This document shows, piece after piece, positions 56,587 to 64,000 of a stretch of 64,000 bases of DNA. Position numbers and translations under genes: made by a program. The first letter of the stretch is position 1; each line of letters starts with the position of its first letter. The DNA is taken from NCBI RefSeq assembly GCF_006345805.1, contig NC_042999.1, positions 90,892,001-90,956,000 of the forward strand. Reading direction: 5' to 3'. The notes beneath the pieces are model-generated. The model worked only from the letters and a program-made list of their open reading frames with translations, searched no databases and had not been told where the DNA came from. The DNA comes from Octopus sinensis (taxonomy: Eukaryota).

Positions 56587-56849
56587 AACTGCAGTATTAT
56601 GCAATCTTGTATTATAGAAATTAAAATATTATGATGTCTATAATGATGAATGATGAGGCCAGGAAAGAAATGCAACTCAGAATCAGACAAAGATATGAGA
56701 AATTAAAATAATAACATTGAAAATACATATAATTTATTATATATTTATAATATAATTTACTGGAATCTGAAAGTTTAGAAATCATTGCTCCAAGTTTCTT
56801 GTTGACGATTTTTGTTCGGTTGTGAAAATAGAACATAGAATCCGATGTC

Positions 56850-57870
56850 TATCTGCTGTCAACAGCCGCTAAAGGCTGCGCAGTCATAGTCTGAGGTTGA
56901 AGTATCTCTGGCTCTAGCTGGATGTTTGCGGGTGTGGTCTCCGTTCGTTGATGAGGTATTTCCCAGGTTCACCTCTTTTAGTGAACTGGAATGCTGGATA
57001 AGGCCTAGACCAAGGCTGAGATCTTGGAAAGTAGAGTGTCGACAGGCGGTCGTGCATCTCTCACGAATGAGCAATGCCGGCGGAGGGGGTACCACGTCGG
57101 CGTAATATAGAGAGCTTGTAGAGAGCAAGTGCGATGACGACCTGGGAGAAACTCTAGGTTTCGATGAAAGCCAGTTTGCCAACCTGCATCGAAGGGCTTT
57201 CAGCCCGGGACCTATGGACAACTTCCAGAGGTCCTTGGCTTGGCTGTACTTCCGAAGTGCCTTGCCAGTTTGGGATCTCGCCTACGTGTCCACGTTGCGT
57301 GTAGAGCAACGAAACTGTTTTACATGCTATTGTAGAGAGCCTGAGTCTGACGGTCCTGTGGGTCTCTACAGAACAGGAACTATCACAACTGGAGAGAGTA
57401 CAGCTGTTAGCCGAATCGATTATTAATATCGATCCACCGTCTCCTCTAAAAGCAGAAGGAAAATTCTGCTTTCTAGCCGTAATAGTTACAGCGAAAGTGG
57501 TATCTCATCAGGCACCATCGTTTCCGGGCATGCTTTGAGTAACCTCTTTTTATATCACCTAAGAGGGAAAGCATGGCTGGAGAATAAATGCCTGACGGCA
57601 AAAAAATTACGATAAGAAATGAAAGAAAGTAACCAGAATGATAGCGCCTAATTAATCGGAGTAAAGAAAAGGGCGAAGTAAACAGTTCAACGCAAGAATG
57701 TGGTTGGTGGGTTGAAACCCATTCGGCCTCCATTTATTGATTGTTTTACATCGTCATCCGAAATTATAATGTATTTATTCATATATATAATATAATTCGA
57801 TAAGTCCCCTACCCCATTTGTCCCTTGTATTGTCCCCTTTTTGTTTAACCCATGTGGTTTCAATAAAATC
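56850..57870 (+). mobile_element. Decayed 3' fragment of the same Tx1-like family as 5837-9195
   Basis: TGCTGTCAACAGCCGCTAAAGG matches 7922. CCTATGGACAACTTCCAGAGGTCCTTGGCTTGG matches about 8311. AATAAA lies near 57861. Confidence 0.8.
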
Positions 57871-58120
57871 ATTTGGCCTATTCCACAGTTCCTGTGTTCA
57901 TAATTCAAAGTTGGAGTTCAAAGTTTACAGATTGAGTTAGCGTGTTGGATTGTTAGTTCTTAAAAGACTGCTGTTACATTCCGTTTGGTTACTGCTGTTT
58001 GATTCGATTATATTGTCATTACACTGTTACAGTGCATTCGTTTACTCATAATGATGTAACATATATGTGTATACATACATACATACATACATACATACAT
58101 ACATACATACATACATACAT

Positions 58121-58180
<60 letters not shown>

Positions 58181-58188
<8 letters not shown>

Positions 58189-58254
58189 TCAATATAGGGT
58201 GGCAAAAAAAAAGTTTGTAGAAATTTTTTTTGCCACCCTATATTGATTAATTAT
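58181..58254. repeat. Perfect palindrome: 31-bp arms, 12-nt spacer
   Basis: ATAATTAATCAATATAGGGTGGC-A8 vs T8-GCCACCCTATATTGATTAATTAT. Confidence 0.95.
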
Positions 58255-58410
58255 GAATTTTCTGGTTAATTCCGTAATGGAATCGACGGCTTATATTTAT
58301 TTGCTGCCGATAAATTTGGCGCGAGTGCGATGATTTGAAAATTTTAGGTCAGATATTACCTTGGCAGGGTCGGAAATGCCTCGTGAAAATATCTGTTCCG
58401 ACTTGGGCTA

Positions 58411-58515
58411 TTTCTTACTGAAGAATCTGGGGGCCTATGGAAGATTAGCTTGATTTAATTTAATCAGGTTAGTTTACCATTAAACAGCAGATGAAACGGT
58501 GCATCGTATAAGAAA
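58411..58515 (+). ncRNA. Type I hammerhead ribozyme
   Basis: Stem I TTTCTTA/TAAGAAA (7 bp), CTGAAGA (58418-58424), stem II ATCTG/CAGAT, GAAA (58493-58496), near-palindromic CGGTGCATCG, GTA cleavage after 58508. Confidence 0.82.
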
Positions 58516-58637
58516 TTACAGGGTAAATGTTTTTTTAAATTTTCTCCTGGTTTACGGAATTGATTTTTATTTGCGGTTGAAGCTTTGGCTGTTATTTCTA
58601 GTGGGTGAATGGCCTATTATGGCCGTTCCTTGATTGT

Positions 58638-58683
<46 letters not shown>

Positions 58684-58997
58684 GTGTATATATGTGCGTA
58701 TTGAAACTTTCTACGTTATGTGGCATCAACGTCCTGAGAATGTCGGTTCCATCCCTATTATGTAAGCCACCGCTTGTTTAAGATGGTAAAACATTTTCGG
58801 TTGTAAAATAATTTCATCTAGACTTGGCTTAAATATTTTTTGCTAAAAACATCTGTTTTGTCATTCATTTTATTTATAAATCTTTACAAGGCTATATATA
58901 TATATGTTTAAATAATGATATATTTAAAAGTCATACTAAATGTGTTTTGTGCCTGTTTCTTTTTTCATCCATCTACTGGGCTAGTATATATATATTA

Positions 58998-61255
58998 TCT
59001 ATTTAAACGGCAGTTTGTCTGTCTGTGAGTCTGTCAGGTTGTACCATCACCCCGACCACGGCTTTCAACCGATTCTGATGAAACTTGACACACACATAGC
59101 CCAATGTCATAATTCAAAACTAACAGAGCGAAAATTTTGAAATGTTCCCCCAGTTCTGAAAAAATCGATAAATTCGAGAATCTAAGCTTTTTATATGCAA
59201 CACATTTTCTGTTGTAGTTTTCGCAACTTGCAATCTATTTTCACCAAACACATGGTGAAGCTTAATGTTACCCTGCGAAACTTAATTCTGACGTCAGTTT
59301 TCCATGCAATACCTTACCATCAGAAAAAAATCGATAAAATCATGCCATTTTGGGAAATCGCGTTCAAATTCAAGATGACATATTTTCGACAATATCTTTA
59401 ACAAATTAGCAGGAATTTTTTAAAAATTCACAGCGAGCATCATGTCTGCTCCAAGGAGCTATATGACCCTTTTTATTCCAATAGGATACTTTATTACTGG
59501 AAAAAATCGGTTAATTAAATCATATGTGGCACACATAGCAAACCGATTTGTGTATTAAACACAAACCACAGACTGTTTAGGAGACGCAACTCGACCTTCT
59601 TTAGCTCTCTTACTCCCCCAAATAACTATCAAATAGTTATCGATAATTCAACCCACAGGAGGAAATCTAGACTTAATCTTCAAGGTATCCCACATACAAA
59701 CCAAAGATTACATCGAAACCTTCAGACTAACCTACGTTTTGGTGAACCAATTCCGACCAGGAAGAAATTACATTCGAGACTTTACCCCCAACACCGCCAC
59801 TTCAAGCAGTCAATGCTCTGGTGGCAAAGTGGACCTGCCACCCCTACGGGAACCACCTCAACCGCTGAAGGATCTCGCGGCGGGTTTAACCCTCGAATCG
59901 TCACAATTCCTTGTAATCATTCGAAAGTACAACTGCTCATTACAAATGACCTCTTTCGGGGCCAAAATTCCTCCTAGAGAAGGCTGGATGCCTACTTTCA
60001 AAGTGCAGGGTCAGGTCTTTCCTCTAAATCTACTTCATTGCCGACTACAACCAGCAGGTTGATGCACGCCTTGGAATAATACCGGGTACATGCTATGTTC
60101 CCCGCAGAGACGTTCTTCTCCGTCTCCAAACCATGCTTCATGATATCAACAGCTACGTCCGCAGCTTCAGGTATGCCTTGGACAGTGCTCCGTCTCCAGA
60201 CTTCACCGTTGTCATTGATGCTGATAAACGACCCCACGGGGAGCACGAACGCCGTTTCAACGCACCTGCGTGCAACGAAATTGCCGCAGTCATACACGGA
60301 GAGCAACACAACAGCCGTGACATAATCATCTCCTCCCGTGGTAATAGCCTACGCAGGATCAGCGAGACTCACAGATCTTATGACGCGCTTCAGTATCCAT
60401 TGCTTTTCCCTTATGGGGAAGACGGCTACCACTTCGGAATTCCTTTACGGCAACCCTCCAATAAAACTACTGCGGCATCAAAGACGGTTTCCTGCAGGAC
60501 GTTCTGCTCATACCGGTTCATGGTCAGGGAGGGTGAGGTAAACTTATAGCCCCGTTGTCGTCAGCTATTCAACCAGTTCATCGTCGACATGGCCGCCAAA
60601 ATGGAATCGGAAAGGCTGCTATACATTAAACTTAATGAGACCAAAATTCGCTCCGACTCCTACATTCATCTTCGTGACGGCTTGCAACAAGAAAATGACC
60701 CTTGCAACATCGGCAAGCCATGCATTCAACCCTCCACCTTCACGGGAGGACCGCGATATATGCGTGAGAGGACCCAAGACACCTTGACCTACTTCCGCAT
60801 TTACGGCCGACCGGACCTCTTTATAACCTATACGTGCAATCCCAACTGCAACGAAATCACTCGCGAACTCCTCCCGGGTCAAGAGCTATTCTTGCACCCA
60901 AAAATACAACCGTCAACTCCATCAATATCCAGCTACTTGAAGCTATTCCTGGTGATGTCCACGTCTACAAATCTATAGATAGGACAGCAGACCCCGCCGA
61001 GCTTGCCGATTATCCTCTTGAATTCCTGAATTCACTTGAACCACCAGGCCTGCCGCCACACATCCTGAAGTTAAAAGTCGGTGCGCCCATTATGCTCATC
61101 AGGAATTTGGTTCCACCTAAACAGTGCAACGGCACACGTCTGGTTGTGAAACATTTGGCACCACATTTAATAACGGCCACAATACTTAGATCGGGATTAG
61201 TCGTTGCCTACTAGGGGCTCTTACACACCCAGGCAACGCCGGGCTATGCTGCTAG
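58998..61255 (+). mobile_element. Internally deleted Helitron carrying RepHel fragments
   Basis: A^TC start, and CCCAGGCAACGCCGGG hairpin plus CTAG^T at the end. IRKYNCSLQMTSFGA, YDALQYPLLFPYGEDG and PDLFITYTCNP are joined at about 60881 to helicase AILAPKN...GAPIMLIRNL...CNGTRL. Confidence 0.92.
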
Positions 61256-61789
61256 TATATATATAAATACGAATTTTTTTCTCTGTTAGCAGTCATCACT
61301 CTAGTTCGTGCCTTGTACTTGTTGATTTCCTTGAAGGCAGAAAATGATATTTTCGTTTATTTTGCATATTTTGTAGCTATTGATATTAATTTGTCATTAT
61401 CGTTCTCTAGATCGTTTTATATTCCCACTGTGAATATTACCTGATAGTAGTTTATTTGCAGAAGGTGCCTACTTCCTTGGAGATAAATATGTTTTCTGTC
61501 GCAAATTATGGTAGTTTACTCTAAATTTAGTCATCATTACTTTTGCTTACTTTTTTTCTAAACTTGGTAATTCATATAATTTCCAGTTGAAAAACAAAAA
61601 TAACATATTACTGGGATAGTAAAAATGTTAATAACTATCAAAATTGTTTTCGGGTTTAGCTCTTTTTTATATATTAATCTAGAACATCTATAATAATTCA
61701 TTGTAATTCCCTAATTCCCAAGTTTTTGCATGATGCGTTTTGTTTAATGTCCTTTGCACGATTTAATTTAATGTAAAATGACATTAATG

Positions 61790-62400
61790 ATTTTTAATCC
61801 ATTGTCCTCTCCTGAATGTTGTATCAGCACATATTTCTAACACCTGTATCTCTTTGATTCTGCTAGTTAATCCAAGCAATGTCTCAGTCAGTGTTTCTAG
61901 GTGTTTACCATCTGCAGCGTATAACTTGACGTCATTCATTTACGAAAGTAATCTTTTCATATTAGCTGAATCCGAGTCTTTCCGGTGTAACATGATGGAT
62001 AAATGTATTAACACAAGTCAAATATAAAGTGAAGTGAGGGAGTCCCCTTTGACGATACATTTCTTAATAGCTAGAGTTATTTTTATTGTTTCCTCCATTA
62101 TTTTTGTCTGCAGAATTGTTTGCTACTTTTTCTTTTCTTGCAATGGTTGATGTAACAGTTGTTTATTAGTGTTATATTACACGGGTTTAATGTTTTCATA
62201 AATCACAACATCTGGTAATGAATTCCTGTCATGCACAAACTTTTTCCTTGTACAGTTTTCAATAATGGCTTTGCAGATCATTAATTGATTTAATAACCTC
62301 TTCGGTTAGTTTAAAAAACATTTTTTAGTTAAGACTATTTTCCAGAACGAAATGCGTTTTTTTCTTCCTAGATATAAACTTACATGTGTGAATGATCGGA
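61790..62400 (-). pseudogene. R4/Dong-like non-LTR RT remnant
   Basis: One frame reads IVKGDSLTSLYI*...LLS*MNDVKLYA, matching IFQGDSLSPLLF...LLYMDDxKLYA; upstream MICKAIIENCTRK. Confidence 0.55.
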
Positions 62401-63039
62401 TATGATGTTAAGAAATATACATCCAATTTAATCAACGATCGTGTTATGATTTTCTGTGGTTTATAAATTTATTTCGGAAAACATGATCTTAAATTCAAAA
62501 GCAATAGCGTCACCTAATCATTACTTGGTTACATAAGGACTTTGTGTATAGGTGCATTGATACTGCACTAAAGTTTCAAGTTTGAATGCTACATATATTC
62601 TCGATAAACTTTTAAAAATTAAAAGAAAAGATAAAAGAACAAATAAAAACGATGTGCTGTAAATGAGTGAGAGAAAGAAGTGAGAAAATGGCAAAACAAC
62701 ACTGCATTATTGTTACTAGAAAACGGTGCTCCTGAAGCTGAAATGTATATATATATACGTATATATAAGGCTGATTGTTATGGCCAGTCAGAGAGTAACC
62801 ATTGGTTCCGCAACCATAAAGAGCTGGCTATATAGGAGACTCGCCAGACACAAATGGCCGGAGGCACATAACCTCTGTACAGCTCAAAGGAGTAAAACGG
62901 TATAATCAGTTAGTCTCGTGAACTAAAAATATATTAATAATCCGGAATGACCATGTAGTGGGGACGGGGTTATCTCTCTTACATCAATTCCAGCTGTGAC
63001 AAATTACGAAGTTGTTGGCGTGATTCTAATCAGCGAATG

Positions 63040-63330
63040 GGGAATTCTAAACTTACAACAGGAAATACTTGCTTACATCGATTTTTCCCGTTGATATATG
63101 ATCGCGGTTGTTCGAGGAGCCTCTATTTGCTTATGTACGTTGTGCCATACTCTTTTAAACGCCATACCTGCCTGAGCGGGTACGTAATGTCCCTCTTCGC
63201 TATCCTAAGAGAAGACTTGCGGTTATTCAGACGGTGTTTAAAGGGGTCGACCGTGGAATAGATATATTTCCGAGTCTGTGCAGTGGATGTCATACAGCTG
63301 CTGTTGTGTCTTTCATTAACTCCGGGCTCG
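63040..63330 (-). pseudogene. Penelope-like GIY-YIG endonuclease remnant
   Basis: RKYIYSTVDPFKHRLNNRKSSLR...VWRLKEYGTTY.SK*R...SYINGKNRC; similar to 21010-21285. Confidence 0.7.
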
Positions 63331-63486
63331 ATGTCGTTGTTGTTTGCTGAAGTTGCTGCCGTTGTTGCCTACGCTGCTGCTCTAGCTACTATTACCGGTC
63401 GACACCTCAACCTCATAAACAATCCTCTCGGCTCCTTTGGGAACTCATTATACACCCCATATGAGCATCCTGCCTTTAAATGTATG

Positions 63487-63598
<112 letters not shown>

Positions 63599-63701
63599 TA
63601 TATGTATATATGGAGAAAATTTCTCTCAGATAATGTTTACTCCAGACAGCTCACGAAGGTTTGGAGGTAAATACAGAAAAATATCACAAGTACATAGATC
63701 G

Positions 63702-63764
63702 TTTGAGTACGTCAACGTTTCAAGATTAGCGAAATAAAATCAGCATTTCTTTCGTCAGCTCAAA
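63702..63764 (-). ncRNA. Minimal type I hammerhead ribozyme
   Basis: The minus strand reads TTTGAG-CTGACGA-AAGA...TCTT-GAAA-CGTTGACG-TA-CTCAAA. Stem I is 6 bp, and cleavage falls between 63708 and 63707. Confidence 0.82.
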
Positions 63765-64000
63765 ATTTCTTAATTTGGATTTGGAAACACTAAAAAGAAG
63801 GAACTTTACCTCTCTGCGAACTTGTCGCTTCAAATGAACCAGCTCCAACTGATAGTGCTAACAAATTCAAAATGCGCAGGCGTAAATTTCTGCACTCCTT
63901 TTCCACCCACGTGGTCTATCTAGCAAACATTATATTTTAACCGCGAGAACCAAGGTTTAGTGTTTCCAAATCCAAATTAAGAAATTTTGAGCTGACGAAA
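63750..64000. repeat. Perfect inverted repeat of at least 45 bp, 161-bp spacer, running off the window end
   Basis: 63750-63794 is the exact reverse complement of 63956-64000 and includes the hammerhead CTGACGA. Confidence 0.95.

Overview
This is AT-rich, microsatellite-dense eukaryotic DNA with no recognisable host gene. The tRNA-derived SINEs and the (TA)n/(CA)n/(TATC)n density fit an octopod cephalopod best (inference from recall, no database search). Nearly all long ORFs are transposon-derived: a young 5'-truncated Tx1/L1-clade LINE sitting in a (TATC)n tract plus a decayed second copy, a CR1 RT, RTE, R4-like and CRE-like fragments, three mariner relics, an internally deleted Helitron with non-autonomous relatives, and five Penelope-like (PLE) RT or GIY-YIG remnants. 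The most notable signal is non-coding. There are five minimal type I hammerhead ribozyme motifs with complete cores, from four unrelated sequence families (11880 and 12386 +, 13349 -, 58411 +, 63702 -), plus decayed ones. The four inserts carrying them share one architecture: a near-perfect inverted copy of the 5' part, then the hammerhead, then a 3' end running into (TA)n. One is a 506-bp-period partial tandem whose two ribozymes would release a 506-nt unit RNA. This fits PLE pLTR or retrozyme biology. Catalytic activity and expression are untested. A few minus-strand exon candidates exist but could not be chained into a gene.
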